Source: an uncultured Phycisphaerales bacterium (GTDB lineage Bacteria; Planctomycetota; Phycisphaerae; Tepidisphaerales; Tepidisphaeraceae). Taken from it: 64,000 bases of DNA. A program made the translations under genes and the position numbers. Shown piece after piece: positions 50,063 through 59,599 of the stretch. The stretch is from positions 32,001 to 96,000 of the forward strand of contig CAVWVQ010000003.1 of assembly GCA_963758525.1 (NCBI GenBank), written 5' to 3'. The first letter of the stretch is position 1. Each line of letters opens with the position of its first letter. A model generated the notes under the pieces. The model did not search any database, was not told the DNA's origin, and worked only from the letters and a program-made list of their open reading frames with translations.

Positions 50063-50926
50063 TTAGCTGCCTTCGGCGATATACTCTCTGAACGCACCCA
50101 TCAGCCTCCGCGTCAGCGCCCCCGGTTTACCATCACCGATTTCGCGGCCGTCGATTGTTGTCACCGGCGCGATCTCCGCCGCGGTTCCCGTCAAGAAGCA
50201 TTCGTCGGCTATATAGAGGTCATGCCGCTGCAGGGTTTTCTCGACGGCTGGAATCTGTAACCGCTGACACAAAAGGAGGATAAGTCCGCGGGTCACCCCT
50301 TCCAGGATCCCGTCAGACGTAGTCGGCGTCTGCACCTGGCCATGGCGGATGATGAAGATATTATCTCCCGAACACTCGGCAATGTTCCCCTCATGGTTGA
50401 GCATGATTGCCTCCTCAACCCCGGCATCGCACGCCTCGATTTTGGCAAGGATGTTGTTGAGGTAATTCAGACTTTTGATGCGCGGAGAAACGGCATTGGG
50501 ATGGTTGCGTATCACTGAAGCCGTCACCACCGCCATCCCTTTTTCGTAGACTGCCGGGTCATACAACGCGATCTGGTCGGCAATGATGATGACGCCGGGA
50601 TTTTCACATTTATTGGGGTTCAATCCCAGACACCCGACGCCACGGGTGACGATCGCGCGGATGTAGCAGTTCCTCAGCCCATTGACGCGAACGGTCTCTT
50701 CCATCGCCGAACGCATTTGCGGCAGCGTGATTGGAACCCGCAGGCGGATCGCCCGGGCGGACTGATACAGGCGATCGAGATGGGCATCGGCCTCAAAGAC
50801 CTTCCCGTTATAGACGCGCACGCCTTCAAAAACGCCGTCGCCATACAGCACGCCGTGGTCGTAGACGCTGATCTTCGCATCGGCCTGATCGACCAGCTTC
50901 CCATCCATCCAAATCTTCAACGACAT
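50063..50926 (-). CDS. ilvE: Branched-chain amino acid aminotransferase
   Basis: YGDGVFEG, IKSLNYLNN, ECSGDNIF, LEGVTR, FLTGTAAEI. Confidence 0.95.
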   Translation of the reverse strand: MSLKIWMDGKLVDQADAKISVYDHGVLYGDGVFEGVRVYNGKVFEADAHLDRLYQSARAIRLRVPITLPQMRSAMEETVRVNGLRNCYIRAIVTRGVGCLGLNPNKCENPGVIIIADQIALYDPAVYEKGMAVVTASVIRNHPNAVSPRIKSLNYLNNILAKIEACDAGVEEAIMLNHEGNIAECSGDNIFIIRHGQVQTPTTSDGILEGVTRGLILLLCQRLQIPAVEKTLQRHDLYIADECFLTGTAAEIAPVTTIDGREIGDGKPGALTRRLMGAFREYIAEGS

Positions 50927-50989
50927 TTCATCTCCATAGCCGCGCCCGAAGCGCGGTGCGAACGAACGAACGGAAGCTGCGCCGGTTCC

Positions 50990-52125
50990 TTATTGGTAAT
51001 CGAGCGTCCCGGCTTTATCGGGTTCCGGCCCATCGCCCGGGCGCTCGAGCCGGCCGTTGCGAAGCACCAGCACGCGATCCGCCTTGCTGGCGACGCTGCG
51101 GTCGTGAGTGACCATGACAATCGTCTGCCGCTGCTCGCGATGCAGGCGTTCGAGCACCGCCATGATCTGCCCGCCGGTTTCAACATCGAGATTGCCGGTC
51201 GGCTCATCCGCGAAGAGAACGCGCGGGTTGTTCATCAGCGCCCTCGCGATCGCAACCCGCTGGCGCTCGCCGCCGGAGAGTTCGCTAGGCTTGTGCTTCA
51301 GGCGCTCGGCAAGCCCTACTTCCGTCAGGACCTCGGTCGCCCGCGCCTTCAGCGCCGGCTTGTCCCGAAGATACCGCAGCCAGGAGCGCTCGACCATCGC
51401 GGGCATCAGCGCGTTCTCAAGTACATTCAACTCCGGCAGCAGATGATAAAACTGAAAGACGAACCCAAACGAGTTGGTTCGCAGTTCGCAGACGGGTCGT
51501 TCCGCAATATAGCCGGCAATCGCCAGGTAGATTGCAAATACAACAGGCGGCGCCACTTCGATTGCTGTCCGGAGCCACCACGTCACATTCGCCGCTTCCA
51601 GGCACCACTCCGCCCCTGCAAAGACCCACGCGGCAGCAATCAGCAGCAGCATTCGCTCCGATTTCTTGAACAGCGCCACTGCCACCCAAATCAGGGTGAT
51701 CACCGGCAGCGAGATTCGCACAATCGGGACGAGCGGGATCAGTGCCATTGCGCTCATGATGGATACTGCAACAATAGCCTCGATCCACATGCGAACTCGA
51801 AGCGGAATAGCCAAAAGCCCTCGAAACGGCGTGGGATACAGCCACCCTTTGGGGTTGGCGGCATATCGTGCTCCCTCGAATTCCAGCGTTCCTGCATCGG
51901 GCACATCAAGACCGCCCATGATGTGCAGCAGAGTGCTCTTGCCGGAGCCGGATTTTCCTTCGATCGCGACGAACTCCCCTTCCCGCAGCGTCAGGTCGAC
52001 AAGTTTGAGAATCTGCAGCACGTCGCGGCCGGTTTCGTAAGTTTTTTTCAATCCCTTGTGCGCAGAATCGTCGGCCGCTCCGACCGGGAGGATTGCACCG
52101 CTGTTTGAGAGACCACTTGCGACAT
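50990..52125 (-). CDS. lolD: LolD-type ABC ATPase with a large hydrophobic insertion (start frameshift near 52056)
   Basis: GKSGSGKST, GFVFQFYHLLPELNVLEN, LSGGERQRVAIARAL, ADEPTGNLD, VTHD; follows lolC/E. Confidence 0.88.
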
Positions 52126-52144
52126 AAATTCAAATCCGCAATCC

Positions 52145-52330
52145 GTAGGGCGGGATTCATCCCGCCGCAGGTTTAGCTTAGAGCCAGTTTCAGAACTTGC
52201 GCAGGCGCCGCCACCTGTTTAGCCGCACCGCGCAGCAAAGCGCGTCCTGACGGATCGCTGCCAAAGGTCCATAAAACGTCGCTCGGCGCGCTTCGCTGCG
52301 CGGCGCGGCTAAACAGGCTCCGAATGGACC
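52145..52330. repeat. GTAG REP plus second copy of the 8721-8885 MITE-like element
   Basis: GTAGGGCGGGATTCATCCCGCC; TTA-GAGCCAGTTTCAGAAC..TTTAGCCGCACCGCGCAGCAAAGCGCGTCC..GCGCTTCGCTGCGCGGCGCGGCTAAACAGGCTC. Confidence 0.75.
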
Positions 52331-52344
52331 CACGGTCGCAAATT

Positions 52345-54132
52345 TTACTCCCACCGCAGCGATTCCACGGGATTTTTTCGCCCTGCCGCGATCGCCGGAA
52401 TCAACGCGCCCAGCACGCTGGCCAGGATCGCGATCGGCACAATCCATTTAATGTCGGTCGCGCTCATCTGGTTGGGAATCTTGTCGAACAGATACACCTC
52501 CGGATTCCAGATCTGCACGTGAAACTGCCGGCCCAGCCATGCGTGCATTTCGTTGATGTAATGCACGATGAGATAGCTGACCAGCAGGCCCAATCCGCTG
52601 CCGATGAGCCCGATGGTCAAGCCGTACCACAGGAAAATGCCGGCGACGCCCGCCGAGCTGGCGCCGACGCTCTTGATGATGCCGATATCCCGCGTCTTCT
52701 CCAGCACGATCATGTAGAAGATGCAGAAGATCAGGAAGATCGCCACGATGCTGATGACGCCAAACAGCATCACCGTCAGCATCTTCTCGTTCTCGATCGC
52801 ATTGATCCAAACCGCCTGGCTCTCCAGCCACGTCTCGACGTACGGATGGCCGGTTCCGGTGATGTTTGTCCCCTCGTGCGACAGTTCCACCGCGTCGACT
52901 TGCTTCTCAATCTCGTCGCGCGCGACGGCCAGCGACGCGTCGTCGGTGAATCCGGGCTTCATGCGGACATGAATTTCCGTCGTTCGCGCGGGAATTTTGA
53001 TCTTCTCCCCCGTGTCCAATGTCGCGTCCTGCGCATTCATCCCCAAATCCGACTGGAGCTGAGCGAACGACACGTAAACGTAGTTGTTGTCGTATTGCCA
53101 GATTTGCGTTCGGCTGTCGTCCACGAGCCAGTAATTTCGCTCGGACCGGTTGTTGATATCCGGGCTCGACTCCCCGGGATGAAATCCCAGCACCGTCAGC
53201 TTCAGCGGTCGGCCATAAATCCCCGGATCGTCCGGCAACGGCAGCCGCGGCCCAAGCGGCGACCCCCACGTCCCCGTCTTGTCGCGCTGAATCCCGATCA
53301 CGCCGATGCCGACGATCATCCCCGGCCATTTCGTGACATCCTGCCGCGTGCGCGGCACCAGCGACTGGTAATCGATCACCTCCCCGCTGTTGGAAATCGC
53401 GAAGAGCTGGTCGACTGCCTGCTTGAACTGCGCATCCTGCGACAATCCCCGCAGCAGCAGCCGATCCTCCGGCCCCATGATCCCCTTGAACATCAGCTTC
53501 CCCGCCTGCGGATCAAACCAGAATCGCGACGCCAGGCTTTCGGGGAGATTTGCCTTTCCCACTGAACCTTGAACCCTGAACTCTGAACCCTCCTTCGCGA
53601 GCCGAACATCGCCCGGCATATTTTTAAGCGGCACGCCGCACCGATCCAGCAGATCGAACGACGCGGGCTGCTTCAGTTGTTCCTGGAGCTGCGCCCGCAG
53701 CTCGGGCGAGAGCTTCGGGTCGGCCAGCATCTCTTCGAGGTTGGTGTGCTGCCGAAACAGCGAATCCGGAAACCGGTTCACATTTCCGATCTGCTCGATG
53801 GGAATGCCGATCACCTTCACCGCCGCCGTCGGGTATGGCCCGACATTCAGCAGACCAAACGTCTCGATGCTGGGGACCGCCGCCGCCACGCCCGGCACCT
53901 GCAGGATCTTGTCCATCATCTCCTGATAATACGGGAATCCCGTCAGCGAAGAGCTGCGCACGATGATGTCGCCGGTGAGTCCGTGGAACGACTGCTTGAA
54001 CATGTTGAGCCACCCGCCCATGACGCTGATGACCACCAGCACCATGGTGGTGCAAAGCATCACCGCCGCGAGGGAAACCCAGGCGATTCGGCGCTTGAGG
54101 AGGTATTTGAGGATGAGGAGGAGTTTGTACAT
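52345..54132 (-). CDS. LolC/E-type lipoprotein-releasing ABC permease with an enlarged periplasmic domain
   Basis: VVISVMGG, MIVLEKTRDIGIIKSVGAS, IWNPEVYLFDKIP, PAIAAGRKNPVESLRWE; lysS-lolC/E-lolD order. Confidence 0.88.
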   Translation of the reverse strand: MYKLLLILKYLLKRRIAWVSLAAVMLCTTMVLVVISVMGGWLNMFKQSFHGLTGDIIVRSSSLTGFPYYQEMMDKILQVPGVAAAVPSIETFGLLNVGPYPTAAVKVIGIPIEQIGNVNRFPDSLFRQHTNLEEMLADPKLSPELRAQLQEQLKQPASFDLLDRCGVPLKNMPGDVRLAKEGSEFRVQGSVGKANLPESLASRFWFDPQAGKLMFKGIMGPEDRLLLRGLSQDAQFKQAVDQLFAISNSGEVIDYQSLVPRTRQDVTKWPGMIVGIGVIGIQRDKTGTWGSPLGPRLPLPDDPGIYGRPLKLTVLGFHPGESSPDINNRSERNYWLVDDSRTQIWQYDNNYVYVSFAQLQSDLGMNAQDATLDTGEKIKIPARTTEIHVRMKPGFTDDASLAVARDEIEKQVDAVELSHEGTNITGTGHPYVETWLESQAVWINAIENEKMLTVMLFGVISIVAIFLIFCIFYMIVLEKTRDIGIIKSVGASSAGVAGIFLWYGLTIGLIGSGLGLLVSYLIVHYINEMHAWLGRQFHVQIWNPEVYLFDKIPNQMSATDIKWIVPIAILASVLGALIPAIAAGRKNPVESLRWE

Positions 54133-54138
54133 GGAGCA

Positions 54139-54162
54139 GGTGATTGGTGATTGGAACGTGAC
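54139..54162. repeat. Left 24-bp inverted repeat of the four-helix-bundle cassette
   Basis: GGTGATTGGTGATTGGAACGTGAC, the exact reverse complement of 54732-54755. Confidence 0.9.
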
Positions 54163-54685
54163 TCAGAACTTGCCGTCTGCGGATGCTTCGGCCGAGCGTT
54201 CATTTGGCAGCTGTTGCCTCCGCGGGTCCGCTGATTGGTGAGTGGAACATGGCAAAGCGTCTGCGTTCGGTGCGTCGTTCAGTTGAATATTCTTCCGTCG
54301 CTCGTTGGCAGCCATACGGATCAACAACTTTGCCAATTGCGTCATGATTCCGATCCTATGGGCGGTTACTTTGGAGCCCAGCACGGCTCGTGCCTTGAAA
54401 TACCAGTCCCGAGTTTCGCGCGGAGCCGAGTGCGTACTCATAAAACCTCGCGCGGTCGCGTCCACTCCCGCGTGAGTAGCCTTCCGCGACGTTTGAACTA
54501 ATGTTGCCTGCTGCGCGACATAATTGGTCGGCGGTGGACTTGGCGCGGGCGTCGCGCATTAGCTTCGCGCCGTCATTCCAAGCCAGATCAGACGCAAACA
54601 GTCCAAGTCGGTACGCCTCCATCTTCCAAACAGAGTCACCTCGAATCTCCTCCGGAACCTGCTTCTCCCAGTCATCAAATGTCAC
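54163..54685 (-). CDS. Four helix bundle protein (TIGR02436 / 23S rRNA IVS protein / Avd-like), frameshift near 54420
   Basis: WKMEAYRL, ADQLCRAAGNISSNVAEGYSRGSGRDRARFYEYALGSA then RETRDWY. Confidence 0.85.
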
Positions 54686-54690
54686 GGCAT

Positions 54691-54755
54691 CCCCGTCTTG
54701 TCAGGTTCCACGTTCCAATCACCAGCGCCTTGTCACGTTCCAATCACCAATCACC
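54691..54755. repeat. Right inverted-repeat arm of the four-helix-bundle cassette
   Basis: CCCCGTCTTGTCAGGTTCCACGTTCCAATCACCA and GTCACGTTCCAATCACCAATCACC (54732-55). Overlaps the lysS stop codon. Confidence 0.9.
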
Positions 54756-56241
54756 CTGACGTCAAACGGGTCGGCGATTCCATCGGCCGCATCAAAGGAA
54801 ACAGAAGCACATCCCGTATGCTCTCCGCGCCCGTCAGCATCATCACCAGCCGGTCGATTCCCATTCCCATGCCGCCTGCGGGGGGCATTCCATATCGTAG
54901 GGCGGTCAGGAAGTCTTCGTCGGTCTTTTGCTTCTCGGCATCGTCGCCAACCTGATGCGCGAAGTTTGCCGCTTGAACGTCCGGATCGTTCAACTCACTG
55001 TAGCCAGGGGAGATCTCCGAGCCGTTGATCGCAAGTTCGTAGACGTCCGCGAAGAAGGGATCGGCGGCGTTTTTCCTGGCAAGCGGAATGATCACCGACG
55101 GAAAATGCGTGACGAAGCACGGGTCGATCAACGTCGGCTCGACGAGTTTCTCATACACCTCCACAAGCTGCTCTGCTGGCGACTTCCCGCGCAGGGCAAG
55201 CTGCTTGCCACCGATGTCCGACTCCCGGAGGTCGCCGAGTTCGATCGTCTTCTTCTGAAATTTCCACCCCGTCTTCTCTTCGACAAGCTCCGCCAGGCGG
55301 ACACGCCGCCAGGGGCGCTGGAGATTGATGGCTTTCCCTTCGCGATGGGCGATCTGCAGCCCGCCGACCAGCTTCTCAGCCACGGAGCAGATCATCCCCT
55401 CGACCAGGTCGGCCATGGTTTCCCATGATCCGAACGCCTCATACGCTTCGAGCATGGTGAACTCGGGATTGTGCCGCGGGCTGATTCCTTCGTTGCGGAA
55501 GTTGCGGTTCAGCTCAAATACCTTGCTGAAGCCGCCGACGAGGAGGCGCTTGAGATAGAGTTCCGGCGCGATCCGCATGTAGAGCGGGATGTCGAGCGCA
55601 TTGTGATGCGTGACAAACGGCCGAGCCGCGGCGCCGCCCGCCAGCGGCTGCATCATCGGCGTTTCGACCTCGAGATACCCCTGCTCCTTCATATATTGCC
55701 GGATCGCGTCGACGATCTGCACCCGCAGCTTGAGCACGCGCATTACCTCCGGATTGGCCCAGAGATCGACATACCTTTGCCGATACCGCAGTTCCACATC
55801 CGACAGCCCCTCCCACTTCGCGGGAGGCGGAAGCAACGCCTTCGACGCCATCGTCACCGATGTCGCCCAGATCGTGATCTCGCCTTTGTTTGTCGAGCCC
55901 AACGGCCCTTCAACGACGATCAGATCGCCAAGATCGATCAAATCGCGCACGCCCCACGCTTTTTCGTCCACTCGTCGTTTGTCGATCGCGATCTGCAGGT
56001 CGCCGGTCTCGTCGCGGAGGGTGAGAAAGCTAAGCTTCCCCATGTCGCGCTTGAGCATGACCCGCCCCGCCGCTTTCACCACGGGTCCGGCGTCGTGCCC
56101 CATCGCCGGCTCAAACGATCCCTTGATTTGCGCCAACGGCTGCAGTCCTTCGGTCCGCGTCCCGTACGGATCGACGCCCAGCTCGCGCAGCTTGGCTAGT
56201 TTCTCCCGTCGAATTTGTTCCTGATCGCCTGAGTCGCTCAT
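54751..56241 (-). CDS. lysS: Lysyl-tRNA synthetase (class II)
   Basis: RYRQRYVDL, EVETPMM..GGAAARPF.THHN, RIAPELYLKRL, FRNEG, YGMPPAGGMGMGIDRL. Confidence 0.98.
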   Translation of the reverse strand: MSDSGDQEQIRREKLAKLRELGVDPYGTRTEGLQPLAQIKGSFEPAMGHDAGPVVKAAGRVMLKRDMGKLSFLTLRDETGDLQIAIDKRRVDEKAWGVRDLIDLGDLIVVEGPLGSTNKGEITIWATSVTMASKALLPPPAKWEGLSDVELRYRQRYVDLWANPEVMRVLKLRVQIVDAIRQYMKEQGYLEVETPMMQPLAGGAAARPFVTHHNALDIPLYMRIAPELYLKRLLVGGFSKVFELNRNFRNEGISPRHNPEFTMLEAYEAFGSWETMADLVEGMICSVAEKLVGGLQIAHREGKAINLQRPWRRVRLAELVEEKTGWKFQKKTIELGDLRESDIGGKQLALRGKSPAEQLVEVYEKLVEPTLIDPCFVTHFPSVIIPLARKNAADPFFADVYELAINGSEISPGYSELNDPDVQAANFAHQVGDDAEKQKTDEDFLTALRYGMPPAGGMGMGIDRLVMMLTGAESIRDVLLFPLMRPMESPTRLTSG

Positions 56242-56548
56242 GATCCGCTCTTCCGCCAGTCAAAGGGAGAGGATGATAGTCGGAAGAAGGCACGAAGGGA
56301 AAATGCGGAAGAGCCGCGGAGCGGGACGGAACGGAGTCGCAAATCGAGGCTCGCAAATATTGCTGCAGATTGCAGATATTGCAGATTGCAAATCAAATCT
56401 CAAACATCTCAAAATGTGAGTAAGCTTTGAGCCCGGGGAAACGGCTTGCATCGATCTCGCCGCACCTCGCCGCCGTGGCTTGCCCTTCGCGGAGCGACGC
56501 CGGCGATGAATTGCAAAACGCAGCAGCGAACTTATGGGTCTACCGCAA

Positions 56549-57055
56549 TCAGAACCACGACCGTCCGTGGTTCACGTGCGCCCGATAGAAATCGTCTTCG
56601 CTCATCGACAGGTAGATGATGCCTTCGATGAAGCCGATGACGCTCATCACGATGGCGCCGACGCCGGTGAGCGTCACGAGCAGCATGAGTACGCCGGTGC
56701 CGGTGTATCCGAGGATGAACTTGTGTATGCCAAGTCCGCCCAGCAGCAGGCCGAAGATGCCTGCGACGGTTTTGTTCGGGTTCCGCCCACCGCTGCGCGC
56801 CTGGGCGTACTGCGGCTGAACCTGCATTCCGCTGGCGTGAGCGTTCGCCGCCGGCGAAGCAGCAATGGCTGCTGGAAACAGCGTGCGAATGGGCTGCCAG
56901 TCGGTCCCGTCGCGCCAAATCATGGCATCGGCGGTGATCGTGCCGGTGGCTACGAATTCAGCAATCTGGCTCTTGGAAAACGGCCCGCTCGCTTCGCCGC
57001 CGGGATAGCTCAAGTACCACTGAATGGGTTGCGGTGGCCGAATGGCATCGTTCAT
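56549..57055 (-). CDS. GYF_2 (DUF4339) plus TM2 domain protein
   Basis: WY..SGPFS..GTITADAMIWRDG.DWQP; KTVAGIFGLLLGGLGIHKFILG, IEGIIYL. Confidence 0.8.
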   Translation of the reverse strand: MNDAIRPPQPIQWYLSYPGGEASGPFSKSQIAEFVATGTITADAMIWRDGTDWQPIRTLFPAAIAASPAANAHASGMQVQPQYAQARSGGRNPNKTVAGIFGLLLGGLGIHKFILGYTGTGVLMLLVTLTGVGAIVMSVIGFIEGIIYLSMSEDDFYRAHVNHGRSWF

Positions 57056-57248
57056 GAGGAGCGCTTCCCAATTGGTCAAACCGACAGAGCGAGTTCGGTA
57101 GCGGTCGTGAGTGTATCAAACGGCACGTACGGAGTCGCGTGACAGACACGCTCTCCGCTGCGCGGCTACTTCGGACGGCTGCGCCCGTGTCGGGAGCAAC
57201 ACTTTTGAGGTTCTGAAGCGGCCGCGTGGCCGCGACGCGCGAGGAGTG

Positions 57249-57663
57249 TCAAACAGCGGTCTGTTCACGTGCACTGCGAGTCGCTCCGCAGCACCACCAA
57301 TAGCACCCGGCGAGGACCCCGCCGATCCCGTATGCGACGATGTCCCACGGGTCGCCCGCAGCGATGAAGACGTTCGGGAAGCGGGGAACCACGATTTGGA
57401 AGACGAGCGTAAAGACCACCAGGTTTTGGAATATCTCCCATGCGCGGGAAACCGCGATGTTTTCGCAATCCGATGAGGTGCTGCACATAGAGGATGATCG
57501 GAACAAACAACGGCAGGCAAAGAATGTCGTTCAGGTAGCCGTGCGTGAACCAACCGCCGACGTGATGTGGCTTGAAAAAGAAACGGTTGACGGCGTAAAG
57601 AAGAAGTGAGAGCACGCAAGCGCCGTCGGCGATGTAGCGAAACTGACGCGGGCGCGGAATCAC
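57249..57663 (-). CDS. Hypothetical membrane protein (frameshift near 57443)
   Basis: LYAVNRFFFK..GYLNDILCLPLF continuing as WEIF..GDPWDIVAYGIGG. Confidence 0.6.
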
Positions 57664-57683
57664 GGTGGACCTGCAAGGAGCCC

Positions 57684-57848
57684 CTAATGCCCGCCTCCGC
57701 CGACGGGCATCAGAAATAAGGCCGCGGCCGACGCAATGAGCGCGCTGACGATCGTGCCGGCGACGACATACCACACGATTCTCCACGGGTCGGCTTTCGG
57801 CGGCGATGTGTCGTAATCGAGCGGCTCGGGTTCGGATTCGTCTTTCAT
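57684..57848 (-). CDS. Small single-TM protein
   Basis: MKDESEPEPLDY...WYVVAGTIVSALIASAAALFL; TATGAT lies 7 nt upstream. Confidence 0.5.
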   Translation of the reverse strand: MKDESEPEPLDYDTSPPKADPWRIVWYVVAGTIVSALIASAAALFLMPVGGGGH

Positions 57849-58131
57849 TGCGTCTATCATACTGTTGACGACGCAGCGGGAGCGAACTAACGATCGAGGC
57901 ACACGCGAGTTTCCGGCCGGAGAACGAACAAACTGCGCTCGCATCGTTGCAGTTGCAGGCTGTCTTCGATCCTGGGGCACTCTTCGAGCCGGAGCGGCAC
58001 GGCGAGCCTGCACCACAATGTAGCGCCCGAGGATTCGCCCCCGCCCTTGGCGGCTTGTCGAGTCCCGGCTCTTTCCGGATTTCCTCTCCCGACTTAGAAT
58101 CGCCCGTTTCCATAAGGAGCACTCACTTTCC

Positions 58132-59382
58132 ATGAGCGACGACAGCTACATTCAGAATCTCTTTGCCGACCGCATCGGCGGAAAAACTTACGGCAAAGGG
58201 ACCGAGATCTACAAGTTCGAGAAGATCAAACGCGCCAAGAAAGCCGCGCTTGCGGCCAATCCCGGGGCCGAGCTGATTGACATGGGCGTCGGTGAGCCGG
58301 ATGCGATGGCGTTTGAGTCGTGCGTGGAGGCGCTCGCGCAGGCAGCGCGCAAGCCGGAGAATCGGGGTTACGCGGACAACGGAGCCGACCCATACAAGCA
58401 GACGGCGGCGCGGTGGCTGGAGAAAGTCTGCGCCGTGCGCGGAATCAACCCCGACACGCAAATCGTTCACTCCATCGGCTCCAAAGGCGCATTGACGATT
58501 CTGCCGGCCTGCTTCATCAATCCGGGGGATGTGGCGCTCATGACCACGCCGGGGTACCCGGTGTTCGGGACACACGCCAAATACTTCGGCGGCGAAGTCT
58601 TCAATCTGCCGTTGCTGGAGAAGAACAAGTTTTTGCCGGACCTGGGAGCGATCCCAGCTGACAAGCTGGCGCGGGCCAAGACGCTGGTCATCAATTATCC
58701 GAACAATCCGACCGGCGCTTCGGCAACACCCGCGTTTTTCGCGGAGGTGGTGGCGTTTGCGAAGAAGCACAATCTGATCGTCATTCACGACGCGGCTTAC
58801 GCGGCGCTCGTGTTCGATGGCCAGCCGCTTTCGTTTCTCGCGACGCCAGGCGCTTTGGACGTCGGAGTTGAGCTTCACTCGATGAGCAAAGGCTTCAACA
58901 TGACCGGCTGGCGGCTGGGCTTCGTCGCCGGCAATCCGCTGATCGTCAAAGCGTATGCCGATGTGAAGGACAACAGCGATTCAGGGCAGTTTCTGGCGAT
59001 CCAGGAAGCGTGCGCGTTTGCTTTGGATCATCCGGAGATCACGCAGGAGATTGCCGGCAAGTATTCCCGACGAATGACACAGCTTGTTGACGTGCTCAAC
59101 AAACACGGATTTGGCGCGCGGAAGCCCAGAGGATCATTCTTTTTGTACGTGCGCATTCCCAAAGCCGCGGCCGGAAAGATCGGCCAGCGCGTCGCGTTTG
59201 AGAAGGCGGAGCACTTCAGCCAGTGGATGATCACCGAAAAGCTGATCAGCACCGTCCCCTGGGACGATGCCGGGGCCTATGTGCGATTCAGCGTCACGTT
59301 TATCGCGAAGGATGAGGCAGAGGAACGCCGAGTGATTGGAGAGATCGACAAGCGATTGGGGAGCAGCCGATTTGAGTTTTAG
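58132..59382 (+). CDS. dapL: LL-diaminopimelate aminotransferase
   Basis: IQNLFADRIGG..YKFEKIKRAK, DMGVGEPD, INYPNNPTG, HDAAY, SMSKGFNMTGWRLG, DSGQF. Confidence 0.88.
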   Translation: MSDDSYIQNLFADRIGGKTYGKGTEIYKFEKIKRAKKAALAANPGAELIDMGVGEPDAMAFESCVEALAQAARKPENRGYADNGADPYKQTAARWLEKVCAVRGINPDTQIVHSIGSKGALTILPACFINPGDVALMTTPGYPVFGTHAKYFGGEVFNLPLLEKNKFLPDLGAIPADKLARAKTLVINYPNNPTGASATPAFFAEVVAFAKKHNLIVIHDAAYAALVFDGQPLSFLATPGALDVGVELHSMSKGFNMTGWRLGFVAGNPLIVKAYADVKDNSDSGQFLAIQEACAFALDHPEITQEIAGKYSRRMTQLVDVLNKHGFGARKPRGSFFLYVRIPKAAAGKIGQRVAFEKAEHFSQWMITEKLISTVPWDDAGAYVRFSVTFIAKDEAEERRVIGEIDKRLGSSRFEF

Positions 59383-59437
59383 ATCGGATTCATGCGAATC
59401 GTGAGCAACGCATCGCAATCTGGAGATTGCAAGCCTT

Positions 59438-59564
59438 TCCCCCTCCCCTGGTACTCCGGGGGAGGGCTGGGGTGGGGGCTTGCTCCGATCGCGCAGGTTG
59501 GCTACCGAACCGGTTCTTTGCTTCCCGCCCCCCACCTCGTTCCTCCCCCCGGGTACGAGGGGAG
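59438..59564. repeat. CCCTCTCCCGG-family palindromic repeat (divergent)
   Basis: CCCCCTCCCCTGGTACTCCGGGGGAGGGCTGGGGTGGGGG ... CCCCCACCTCGTTCCTCCCCCGGGTACGAGGGGAGG. Confidence 0.7.
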
Positions 59565-59599
59565 GAGGCAAGAAACAAGCTCCCGGATTTTCGGGCACA

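Noticed and set aside
54163..54685. Diversity-generating retroelement, suggested by the Avd-like fold
   Set aside because: No reverse transcriptase and no template/variable repeat pair differing at adenines was seen in the window.
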